From Marsupella aquatica (lineage: Eukaryota; Plantae; Marchantiophyta): a DNA stretch of 64,000 bases. This document shows positions 31,281-43,515 of this stretch, piece by piece (within the stretch, counting starts at the first letter, position 1; each line of letters opens with the position of its first letter). A model generated the notes under the pieces. The model did no database searches. It was not told the DNA's origin and worked only from the letters and a program-made list of their open reading frames with translations. A program made the position numbers and the translations under genes. Where the stretch lies: positions 14,043,037 to 14,107,036 of the forward strand of contig OZ316891.1 in the NCBI GenBank assembly GCA_973895155.1, given 5' to 3'.

Positions 31281-32959
31281 AGTCTAGTGCATGGGGAAGC
31301 TGTGGAGTCCCTCGATTTGGGAGGACACTTCCTTCTTCTGAACAATGATGGGCTCAAGTTTGGTGATGACCCCTTTGTTTTTTCCTCTGCCCGGGCTATA
31401 ATAAGTAATCTTGTTGTACATTGTATTCCCTCGCCCATCTCCAATTATGCACTCAACAGGTTCCGTGTCTTGCCTCGTCAGATTTTTGGGAACTTGGTGG
31501 GCCACCTCGCAGATATGTCACCTGATCTCCCCCAATCTCTATGCAGTACAATCTTTGATTTCCAAATAGCTTCACCTGCCAATCCAAGGAGAAACAACAC
31601 ATGCTTCTCAACCTCATTAGCAAAATATTGTGAAACAACCTACATTCGTATGCTGAATGAATAGTGACAATGCAACGCCATCCCGAAACGCAATCCTGGC
31701 ATTAATTTACTGAGGCGAATCAAGATATTTCGAATGGGAAGATAGAAACAGCCTGGATCTTACTCCTATAGTGGGCTGTCAAATGACATAATTATATACC
31801 TGGCCAGTGGTCCCACATGAAACCCGTGCCTTGATCTCAGCTGTGCCTTGTTCGAGGTTGCAGCCAACACTGAATTTGACCTATAATTGACTACTATGTT
31901 TTGACTGCTGAACCCACCACAAGTCTGGGTTATATGTTTTTAAAGTGACGCATGCGTATTTTGTAGGCCCAGGTTAGTAGATACGGAGTATCCCACCAGA
32001 ATGCCTCATGAAACTTCACTAATGCATTGTGAAAATTTTATTTCTCTCATGAATACCTCCTTTGATGGTCTTCAAGAACAGTAAGAAAGCTGATGTGGGT
32101 CTAGGGGGAGCAGATTGTTGAATCAATATAGTCTCGTGTCGCGGCCAAAATGAGTCTGTAATACAGCAGGCTGCAATAGCCTGATCTCAATCTAATTGTT
32201 CTGACTCAATCTTAGGACTCACTAAGATCCAGCTTGATTCTAAGCCGACCTAGCCTTACAAGCATGCTATGGACGTGATAATAAAACACTTTAAAAAGGT
32301 GCTATTCCTGATTGATGGGTTTGCAATTACCTGCTTTTGGTTCAGTCATAAACTTGTTGTATGACCCTTAAAATTGGGTATTACTTGATTGTCACATTTT
32401 TTTCTTCAAATATCATGATTTGCCACCTTTTTAAGATCAATGACTTCCCTGAAATTGCCACATGAAACAGTGTGCACTTTCCATCATCCTCAGAGCAAAG
32501 TGCACGGGGATGCTTGTAGTGATGGCAGGGGAGGGCACCCAGGAAATAGGGAGGCAAGGGTGGTGTCGAACCTGCACAAGGGAGAGTGGACAAAACCGTG
32601 CCCTAGCAGACTAGGGAGGGGGTGATCTCACCGAATGGCAATGATCTCAGGGCCGTCAGATCTCATGTGGCTAACCCTGACAACAAAGAGGGACTGTACT
32701 AATCAATCTACAAAAGTTGACAAGTAGTAATATTGGACAAAACAATGTGGCAATCTAGTTATACCCAGATCATGCAAAATACTGGAATTGGCCAGCCATA
32801 CTTAAAATCCACTCGAGGATATTCTAGAAATTGAACACTTCTTTGCATATTTTCTCTTACACGGTCAACTTATAATCAAGGAAAATTTAAATATTAAAAA
32901 GTTTGGATACTAATTTGTAATGAAATAATTACTTCGGGTCCAAAAAAAGCATTTCAAAA

Positions 32960-33520
32960 TATCTATTGGTTCTTAAAGGAGAGGGAGTCCAAGAGAGGAA
33001 AACGTCAAGGAGCCAGAATAGCTAGAAAGACTTGTCCTGAATAGCAGAAAATAAAAACATTTGGGCCAGGCATACCCTGAACCAACCTGCCTACACAGCT
33101 ACAAAAATCCAAAGAAACATTTGCAATCTTCCTATCCCTATGAAACTCGCACCGCCGCACCAGCATCAACAAGACAACCAGGTCAACAGTCTAACTTACC
33201 ATAGTCGGAAATAAGTTGATGCAAAAATAAGTAATTAGAAAGAAACTGTGCCAAGCGCAAACAATGTGACAGTCCCAAAAATGTGGGCTGGAACAATATG
33301 CGGGCCTTAGAAAATAGGGACCAAATCAAAGCAAGTTAGAATAACTTTTTGATAGCAAAACAAGTTATTACAATGGTAGTCCCTATGACAGAAGCACCGG
33401 GAGGACAGAAACATTGAGATCAATGCCCTGTGACCAAGGTACAGTTTCACTGCAGCAGATACATGCCAACAAAATACATCAAAAGTTATCCTTGGTTGGT
33501 GATAAGGAAATCAATTATTG
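32960..33520 (-). mobile_element. Degenerate L1-like LINE 3' end (zf-RVT)
   Basis: Minus strand HFWDCHIVCAW, typical of zf-RVT 'H.FW.C...W'; T-rich 3' tail. Confidence 0.5.
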
Positions 33521-34186
33521 CAGGTAAATGAATTTCTCATTCTCTCATCTCCAAAATTGAAGCCAGGATGGACCTCCATGTTGGACACAATGCTCCCCAT
33601 CAGGACCACATTTTGGTGGTCCATGTGAGTTTTGGGCCTATAACTTGATGATTATGAGTCTTAAAAAGATCATTTTTAGTTTGGCACCTCCAAGGGGGAA
33701 GGCATATTAACAAAACACAAGCCCTAATATTTCATATTAACACGAATGAAAATTAGTCTAGTAGAATTTACCCCTCCACATTCCATGAGGAATAACTCAA
33801 TCAAAATGGTCAATAAAATTCACTGTCACTTTGATGGAAGTGTAGCTTACCTACTCCTCTACATCAGACTCAAAGCTAAAACTATATTTGAATTTATGAA
33901 CATCAAGTTATTACAATTAGACTCAAATTTTGGGAAGTGTGGTCCATGGGGGTTTTCAAAGACCAACATTGTGGTCCATGGGAGCATCATTTTCTCTCAT
34001 CTCCCGTGTATTAGTTAAATACTCAATAAGACATACAACCTCATACATCAGGTGATGAGAAAAAATCCTACTTTTGGCAGAACTTTTGGGTCTTCCATTC
34101 CACCTATCCAATTTTAAATATAGAGAAAATCCAGGCAGCACAAACTGCAACAGAGGAAAGCAAATCTACTTGTAACTATCCTTGGC

Positions 34187-34480
34187 TTTTGTCAAATCCA
34201 AAACATGCCTACTTCAAAGCTCGCTTTAAATACTAATATCTCCATCTGCGAGCAATAGTTGATCTCTAAAGTTATATATCCCCGTATATATCTTTTGTCA
34301 ACTCCAAAACTTGCCTACTCCAAACATTGCTTCGAATACAAAATATCTCCTTCTGCAAACAATAGCTGATCTCCAAATATATAGAGCTTTTGTCAAATTT
34401 AAAACTTGCCACTTCAATGCTTGCTTCAAATACAAAATATCTCCATCCTCAAGCAATAGCTGATCCCCAAATATATATAG
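34187..34480. repeat. ~100-bp tandem repeat x3
   Basis: ttttgtcaa..aaaac.tgcc.act..aatatctcc..aatag.tgatc..atata starts at ~34187, ~34293 and ~34388. Confidence 0.85.
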
Positions 34481-37400
34481 CTGGCCCCTTTCAGAAAATG
34501 ATTAATTATTTTGTTATGTAGCAAAGTAAATGAGATCTATCATCAATCCATTCATCACAAGTGCAATTTTCCTCCAATTGTGTCATTGGAATTGAGAAGG
34601 ATCATCTCAGCCCTGTCTACTGAGTTAAGCCAACCCATATACCTAACATGGGAACCTGTCATTAAATTAGTTTTTGGGGCAGATTAATAATCTGATCAGT
34701 TTGGGGCTTAGATTAGGAATAGTAGAAATGGATCTACTAAATTCGTGACGACAGTACTAATACTTCAACCTCAACTATTAAGTGTAACCTCTCAAAGCTA
34801 TGCTAACCAGGCTGAAACCAGGCATTATTTAATGATTAAACCACCCAAAGGATAAAAAAACTCAAGAGTGTACAACATTCTCGGAAGTACCTGCACGGCT
34901 GCCTGTCCCTATTCACAGTACTTAAACATTACAGTTAGTACCATAATTTACATTAATCCACGAATGACAAGACGAGTAGATTGAACTATTAGTCATCAAA
35001 CAATGCCTGTGATCTTTGAAAGTTTCCATAACAACCAATCTTGTTAACAGGGATGACTCGTATGTCTTATGGTCCGAATGATGCACGAGTCTAAAGATCG
35101 GGCACTCAATGCTTGCATTCTTCCAGAGTTGCACCAAAGTTTTGCTAGAGTTCCAGAGCACCTAAATCGGTCCGTTAAAGGGTTTGATAGTTTTTTCTAA
35201 AATTTGACCTCCGTTACTGAACCCAAGTCAATCGCGAGTTAAGATGCATGGCTCAGATTTTGTGTGCTAGTTCTCTCTTCGCCCTAGCTCTCGCTCAATC
35301 TTCTTTACTCATGCGTTGTTCTGGTCGACTACTCTACGGCATCCCGGGATGAATTAGGTACATCTGGATTGATTCTTTGACACTTTTGCATACTAGAGTT
35401 TCTCTGCTGCAACAAAGCTGCGTAGGCAATCCGCAGTTGCTCCTTTGATTCATTCCATTTACTTTGCAAAGAAATCCCTGGTGTTTGTTTTGGGCTCCAC
35501 ATAGCGCCTTTGTGGGCCCAAACAAACTGGAAACGAACCTCTTGTGTTTGTCTTCTGCGCAAAGCAATAATGATCTGCAATTGTTCCTTTGGGGCTTTGT
35601 TTTAAATTGCAGGCACGCATTGCTCTCTCAATTTTGTGCGCCAAGACAAAATTGAATCCCCTTCCTGAAGTGGGCCCAGACCAAGAAGACTTCCTTTCCT
35701 GGGCTGCAAGAGAGCCCTAGGCAATGATCTGGCCGCTTATATATGTTTCAGATTAATGCGACAGAAACTTTTCTGAACTATACACTCAGAATGATTTCCA
35801 ACCGCTAGGCTTATACTGAGAGTCTGGATGGATAAATGATGCTGATTCTATTTACTTGGCAACTGCTGCTGATTTTACAAAACTCCCAGGAGAATCCCAA
35901 TTTCTTGAAATGCTCGTGATTACTGAAATCGAGTGGAACCAGAATGCATGCAATACTCTGATTCTCACATATCAACTATCCCAAATGCATATAGCTGTTA
36001 GCACTCTCGACATTGCTTTGATGGGTATCCCGAATGTTTCCAAGTGAGGACGACTGATTATTCTGACTTTGGACCAGAATGTTTCCAAGTGAGAAACGAT
36101 TGATTATTTGGATTCTAGACCGAAAATGATAATTCCGATTCCAGGATGGAATTGACACTCTCTAGTGGCGGTCTATTATTGAAAGCTTGGATCCGAAGAA
36201 ACTGTCTGAATGGCGGTGAACACAACAAACGATTCTAGGCTTAGACAAGTGTTGTTACGTGACAATTCCACGGTTAATTACCCCAGGTAGCTGAAAATAA
36301 CTATGGTTATCAAACTGGCATGGTTTGAACACAACACAAAAAACATTTGGTTGTTTATGGCAAATTGCTAGCACCAAAAGGCCTCATTGCCACCTGGATC
36401 TGGTTCCCACTAAGCTCTCTTCCCACTAAAACAATTTTTCAGCTTTTAAGTACATTGTCACTGAAGATGTTCAAATTAACAATACTGCCAGTGTTTCTGT
36501 TGTATTTACAAATTGGCCATGGTACTTTTTGGTATATAGCTCTCCTGGTTACTTGGGTAAAAATGTCACTGAAACCGTGGCATATAATTTGTAAATATGC
36601 AAAGAAAACTGTGGGAGTATTGTCAATTAGAATATCTTGAGTGACAAAGTACTTAAAAGCTGAACAATTTTAATAATGGACATTCTCACTTGCATTCTGT
36701 TTCAGTCTCCACCATTGCATTGGGAATCTAGGGGGGCTTAGGAGCAAACCCTTGAGGCAAACCTGTAGTGGAGTTGGAAGGGTAAGTCTTCATGATTTGG
36801 GTTCACATGACCCAAAGCTCTCACCAACCGAAAAAGACCCTTGCCATTCTTTTCCCAGCCTTCTTCTGGACAAAGAAAGACAAAATTAACCTTTTTCAAT
36901 ATACTTTCAAGGAATCCATTGCCCGAGTTCTCTCTCTGACCAAGTGCCAACAAAAAGTGTTGTTGGATACTCCTTCTCTTCAATGTATTTATTCTGAAAC
37001 TCCACCAGCTTGGGGTTGTATGTGACTGGGTTCACTTGCAAGGCCTTGTGTCCAATAGACTAACACTTGATAATCATGTTCATTGCTACCTGATCAGACC
37101 AAATCAATTGATTCCCAAAATGGTATTCAGGAGCACCAGCCAGGAAAAAGGGGCCATATATCCTGACAATTTGATGTTGAGCCTTCAATGACAAGACATT
37201 GGAGAAGAAGAGAATGAAACAACTTTGGGATCCTTGTGTTCCTTGGCATTAGATGATGTCATGGTCTCTCAGACATACCATAGCAAATGCAAGTGTGCAT
37301 TATCTTAAGGGTCTCACTTTTGCAGCAATGCCCTGTCATGTGCAAAATGAGTGTAGTGTTTTTTATTTGGTTCTGGAGAAGAGTAAATGAAAACTTATAT

Positions 37401-38735
37401 GAAAGGAGAGCTCAAAAATGTCACACATCGTCACCTTATTGATTTAGAGCTATTCAATTACAACTTCCCCAGCACATTACAAAAAGTCCAAACAGTCACA
37501 TGTGATGGGGGTCCCTCCAAATAGTGAGCCTGCCTGGTATTGTGATTGATGAGTGTTAGATGCAATTTGAAACTGCCATGGGATCCTGACTGAGCTCTCT
37601 GTTAGTATAGTGCTCTCTGTCATTGTTGTAGCCGCACACAATCTTTAACTTCATGTTGCACACTTTGTTGTTCTCTTGCCATGCACATCCATTTTCAGTT
37701 TCAACATGGTTTTCTTGTCCTGTCAAGACCAAGTAGTATGGAGAAGCCTATTATGCTGATTTTGTGCCAAAAACATCTCCTCTCACTCCCGTGGCTTCAA
37801 ACTCCCCTTGCCCAAAGACTTACAAAGTTGCTCACTGCAAGACAAGTGAGGCAAAGTTGACTTGATGGAGCTTGAAGCCACCGACCCTGCTAACATATTT
37901 GAATTCTGATGAGTCTCAAGTCATCCTCACTGCTAACTCGTTTGCCCTGCTCACTAACATAGCCAATGAGCCTAAGTTGCTTAAACCCAAAGGGCAATAC
38001 TCGGGGCAATACTATGCTAACATTCAAATTAATTGTTCCTCTACACATACTGACCTAACCCAATTTATTATTACTTTCTCTGTCTACAAAATCAAGCTCA
38101 AAAGCTAAGATGGGCCTACAATGAAGTGGACTCAAGGACAGTGAATCTGGGGCATAGGTATGATGGAGGTGGAATTGGAAACTGGCATGATTGGTATTCA
38201 TGAGCTATGAAGGAACAAAGCTTTGAGCATTCAGAGTAGTTTACACTACTATAAACATCACACTATTTGTTACTCCTCATTAATTACAGTGAACTACAGT
38301 GTACCATGGATAAGTGCAACATGTATAACTGCATTTTTTGGGTAACTGCAGGGTGATCGTGTAGTCCCTCAATAATATAGCAAATTCCTTTGTAAATGCA
38401 CCAAAAAATGGGTTGCCCGTCACCAAAGGACAAATACATAAGGGCATTTATCGTTTATAAAGAGTATAGATGAATTAATCAATGACTGCAACACATAGGT
38501 TAGAAGCATTTATTGATATGTGCAGCAGACATCATACACTTATCCAGTTGAATCGTGCACTAGGAGGATTCTGGGGTATGAGAAGTCGGTGCACATGACC
38601 TGACAAGACATTTGTGGAAGTGCATAAGTGATTTCATAAGCACTTATTGCAAAGTGCAACAGACACATATGGAGAAGTGCACCATGAAATTATGACGAAG
38701 TGCATAACGTGCATAACGTAACCCTCGATGTCACC

Positions 38736-40173
38736 TTTCTACTTAACAAACCAAAAGATGCAGACTCTCCCAATGGACCTCCGGGCCCACCAGAGGTACA
38801 ATTTTGTGTGAGATGTTCTTCAATTCTAAGCCCTTATAATGTGAGATTGTTATTGTAAAACACAACATGTTCTACTGTTTGTCAGTGTTTGATTGCATCA
38901 CCGAATGCGGTTGACTATGGTTTCCAAGTGAATCAATGTATTGACATTCTGTACATTGACAACAATGCATACAAACATCAGCGTAGTGTCAAACAAACCA
39001 TACGCCATGCGGCCGCACGACAACACAAAGCCTTGTAGTTAGATCATGTATACATTGACAATAATGTATACAACTACCACAATCTTGGATGAACCAGGCG
39101 TCACGTGACCACAACATATACAAAGCGTTGTAGACAATATTGACATCCATAATGTATAGCAAATGTATTATATTATATATACTTAACCTACTTAGGGTTG
39201 GAGTAAGCTGGAGTGGAGGTGTGTAAAAGCTACATATGCATATTCTTGAACCAAATACATTCTTGACAATGTATTTAGAGGAGGACCCACCAATCACTGA
39301 CATGTTACAGAACTTTTGCAGGTTCTTGTCATTTGACACAACATTAATTTTTTGGATGCACATGCTCTATGCGTGAGCTTGCACGACAGGGTCGTGAGTG
39401 TTTCCACTCCCCTAATGCGTATAGTATGCTTAGAGGGAGTGTGTTAGGCATGGAGGACAATGAGTCAATGCATCAGTGGACCAGATGTGATGTTTGGGAG
39501 GTCAATGTCCCCTATTATGAGAGGGCAAGAACTCAAGACACACAGGAACGTGGCTCAAAAGAATGTTGAGAACTCCCCCAGGATATTGGATGGCAGAACT
39601 GCTCAAGAAGGTGCCATAAAGGGCGGGCACATTTGAATTTTGGAAATTCCTTTAAACATTGTATTCACTACGGACAATGTCGTCATAAAAAGCAGGGACG
39701 TTCGGGGTGCTACGGCACTTGCAAGCTCCAATGTGGTTGTCAACTATTTCCTTTGTATCGTGAATACTAAAGTGACAATGTATTCTTAAACGATGAGAGG
39801 CCGGGGCACAAAGGTGCTTGCATGCTCTGATGCCATAGAAAACTCGTTCATTTGTAGTTTGAATACAAAAGCCATATTGTATTAAAAAAACCTAGGAAGT
39901 CATGGCGTTGTGATGCTCCCGTGCTCCATCGCGGCTAGGGGCTACGGAAGTTACATGCACAATCCATGCACCACACATGAGCAACCATGGTGTCCACAGC
40001 GTATTCAGTGAACTTGAACTGTGTGGTAAAGCGTTTCACAGGAGCATTGTTGTAAGGAGTGGGCCCGGAGGTCCATTGGGAGGGAAACTAAAACTTTAGG
40101 TCCATTGGGAGTGAATCTGAAACTTTAGGTCCATTAGGAGAGAACATGCATCTTTTGGTCTGTTAAGTAGAAA
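38736..40173. mobile_element. ~1.44-kb non-autonomous TIR DNA transposon
   Basis: Left end tttctacttaacaaaccaaaagatgca..tcccaatggacctccgggcccac (38736-38790) is the inverted complement of the right end gtgggcccggaggtccattggga...tgcatcttttggtctgttaagtagaaa (40059-40173). No clear TSD. Confidence 0.8.
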
Positions 40174-40996
40174 AATTATATTTGGAGGTACATTATATAT
40201 ATCTCTCCGTGAATAACTGTAGGCTTGGGGTGTCTTCCCCGGAGCGCACTAAGACTTGGTAGACTATTTGTGTTGCTATGATATTTTAAGGTTCAGCAAA
40301 TTTCAAATCCACGGATGGTCAAATGGATATTAGTTTCCTTGATATTCACCATCCAAAGATATTTCCATGAACAGTGGACTGTGGAACTTGGCTCTTCATA
40401 ATTGTGCAGATTCAATAGGACGAGGTAATGTTAGGGCCTAGGTTCTGCTTTTCCAAAGAGACCAGCTGGAGAGCATCCATTGCACCAACCATGTGTCACC
40501 ATTTGGTTGCGCAATGGATTGCAGCCTCCTGTGGAAGTAGTGTAGCCAGCTAGCTACGACTGCGTGCTCTTGGGGGGCGAGGGGCGGGGAGCAATTTGAT
40601 GCTATCCGCGAACGAGCTACTACTATATTCATTCAATTCAATATACAATAATATAATATATTAGGTTACTACTACTATAGTCGCGCTGGGCCCTACCTCA
40701 CCATAACACTGGATGCAAGGAGAAGATCAAAGACGCAAAAGAGGGAAAGGTGCAAGCAACGACCCAGAGATCAGGGGCGCTTGACAGATTTCCGTCCCGT
40801 TGACAGGAAGTGCAGTTCAGCAGTACAGAGGGATCTGATGGCAGCACAGCCCCCACGACAGTCCTGCTGCTGCCTGCGTAATTCTCTGTCTCTCTCTGTC
40901 CGCCCGTCTCCCTCGCTCCCGGACGCAACACCTTGCCAGCCCTACTGCACCTCGCTCCTACTTACTGTAGCCCCGCCATGGCATATGCCTGCCTGC

Positions 40997-41052
40997 CTTC
41001 CCTTCCCGTCCCTTCCCTTCCCTTCCCTTCCCTTCCCTTCCCTTCCCTTCCC
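40997..41052. repeat. (CCCTT)n microsatellite
   Basis: Direct observation. Confidence 0.9.
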
Positions 41053-41086
41053 TACTGCTTCCTGGGCATGCATTTGCGCTCTGGCC

Positions 41087-41970
41087 ATGCCTTCCTGCGT
41101 TCTCATCTCTTATTACCTCGCCATTTGTGCTTGCGTTACCCTCCTCCGTTCCCTTGCTATATATCTGGGTGCCTTTGATGCAACTACATTACACTCAGGC
41201 ATGTTCGTTTTGGTTCAGTGGCTTGCCTAATGAACTGCAGTTGGAGGACCTTAACACACACTTATGGTGACGAGAGCTGGAATCCGGTCTACGAGGTAAC
41301 CTCGAGGTATGTAACAATATGCATAGCAGATTTTGTATTTTTTAGGAGCATCTTCACAAATGGTGTATTGTAGTTATTTTCTGTTCCCTTGCTATTAGTG
41401 GGAGTTTCATGTACCCACATTACATGTCTATTATTTTTGGCATGTATGTTCTTTTGGGTTCTGTGTCAGCTGGAGATGGGCTGCCTAATGAATTACTGTT
41501 GGATTACCTTAAATTAATTAAAACACACTTACGCTGAACGGAGCTGAGGTTTGATATATAAGAGTAACAATGATGGATAGTAACGATACCCTCTTCCTTT
41601 CCCACGCTACCTGTTTGCCTTTTTGCAGTTTTTAATATATTCCATGTAACTACAGTACAACTGTATCCTTTTGATTCGTTGCTGGCGATGGGTTGCCTAA
41701 TCTACTGAAATTGGAGGACCTTATTAACACGCACTTACGCAGAAGAGAGCTGCTCTTTGGCCTATACGGTAACAGTTCTGACTATATATAGAAATTACAG
41801 TATGCATAGCAGAATCTGCATTTTCTATATTATCTTCACAAATGGCTTAGTGGCTCCTCTGTTACGTCACCATTGTTCTTACTTTACCCTCGATTTTTTA
41901 TCTTGCCTTTGATTTCATTACGTACAAGTATGTTCGTTTGGTCCTCTGGCTGGAGATGGGTTGCCTATAG
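41087..41970 (+). pseudogene. Putative degenerate secreted-peptide precursor: signal-peptide-like exon plus four tandem ~240-bp units
   Basis: MPSCVLISYYLAICACVTLLRSLA is followed by repeats near 41219, 41470, 41682 and 41950 (last one truncated) encoding (A)GDGLPN.L.LEDL..THLRRREL..GLY. The first three end at a conserved gtaac donor-like site. Confidence 0.45.
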
Positions 41971-42259
41971 GTAGTCTCAAACTGCAAAACTTGATGTAGT
42001 TTAACTCTTGTACAGTAGTAGGTTAACGTAGCTCTTCCTGGGGCCCCAATTTCTCCCTTTTATTGAGTTTACTGCCTTTGGGATCCTGTCGTCTTGCATG
42101 GCGCTTTTTGGCAGTGTGGTACATAAATACTGGATCAGTTTCACAAAAACAAGTGTACATGAAGTCATGTCTTAACGATAACTCTCAAGTATTATATAAG
42201 CTAGAGGATTAGAATCTAGCAAACCGAAACAATTTTATTGCTCCAGTCAGCTTAAAAGT

Positions 42260-43515
42260 GAATATACACATACTTTATATAGAAAAAGGCCAAATAGAGT
42301 ACAAAAGAATAAACAAGAGAGGTCCCAAGTGGACAAAACCAAACGCAAAAGAAGTGAGCAAAAGGAAACCCTAAAGACCAAGAAAGAGGAACTAAAAGAA
42401 GTGAGCAAAAGGAAACCCCTAAAAACCAAGAAAGAGTAACTAAAACTACCGCAAATGGACCGAGGTCCTCATCATACCTAGCAAATGTGGCTACAAGCTA
42501 GTGGTCTACATCAAGTGTCGAAACTAGATCGGCAAGTGGGACAGGAATGTCCTCTAGGGGGGCTAGCCGCTGCGGAGTCACACTAGCACCCACTGTCAGA
42601 GATCGACGATAGACGGCCCGAGCTTGAGCACGCTGTAAGGTGACTGAAATGCGTTGGCGAAAGTGCGTGGTCAAAACAGATAGCGGGGGCCCGGTGGGAC
42701 CCATCCGGCCGTGAACATCCCGAGCAGCTTGGCGAAGAAGCCCGTCGAACTGATGATGAAGACGCCCAAATATCTCAAGAGCAAGGGGCAGGAAGCTATC
42801 AGATGAAGCTCGTGCAGCATATTTGGCCTCCTTCGTTTGTGCTGCTCGTGATGCTGCTGCCCCTGCCGTTGTTGCCGCTGTCCCAATGATGTCTTGGCGC
42901 AATGGGTTTGCCACCACTACATCTGCCAAAGTACGGTGACCGTCACGGACCATGGTAAGATCCACCCGTAACCGCTGTGATGGAGGACCAGGTAACTCGA
43001 GCACCACCTCCCGCCGCGCGCAGACCAAAGAGCCAGAGAGAACCTGAGCAGTCGCATCTCTCACAGCGTCGTGAACAAAAATGGTTTCGCCGCCCAAACT
43101 GCATCGAAGAAGATGGACACCTGTGGCATCACAAGGCTTCCCACAAGTGCAAGTAGGAGGTAAACCAGCAAGAAGTGGGTGGGGCAAGCCCATACGAAGA
43201 CGCATGGCTGTCGCAAACTCCGCTGAAGACATCCGCAGGTGAGGAATGACTGGATTGGCCTGAAGCCAGCCTCCTGCGCCCTTCCCTCCGGAAGAAAGAA
43301 TCCGAGCTCGGTCCGTGTCAGGTGCCTCGGTGAGGATGCTGGAGAGGGTGAAAGCGTGCATACGCCCAGCAAGGTCTGCCTGAAGACGGACGGGGTCCAA
43401 GGATAAAAACTCCTGGAATGAAGGTAACGCAGCTCGAACAGGATCGGGTAATGATGACCGAGCCGTGCGCAAATGAACCTGAAATGGGAGGGAACCCTCC
43501 TCGACCTCCATGAGA
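42260..43515 (-). mobile_element. 5'-truncated CRE-like non-LTR retrotransposon (restriction-like endonuclease type)
   Basis: Uninterrupted 337-aa ORF 42498-43511 with GAGGWLQANP, EFATAMRLRMG, CTCG..DATGVHLLRC (CCHC), HDAVRD, RVDL..ADVVV (PD..D-like), TKEAKY, FLPLALEIFG and RISVTLQRAQA. T-rich 3' UTR with a ~46-bp direct repeat at 42347-42445. Confidence 0.88.

Noticed and set aside
41200-41970. CRISPR-like or snoRNA-cluster reading of the regularly spaced repeats
   Set aside because: The context is eukaryotic, the units are long and diverged with related spacers, there are no cas genes, and no consistent C/D or H/ACA boxes are present.
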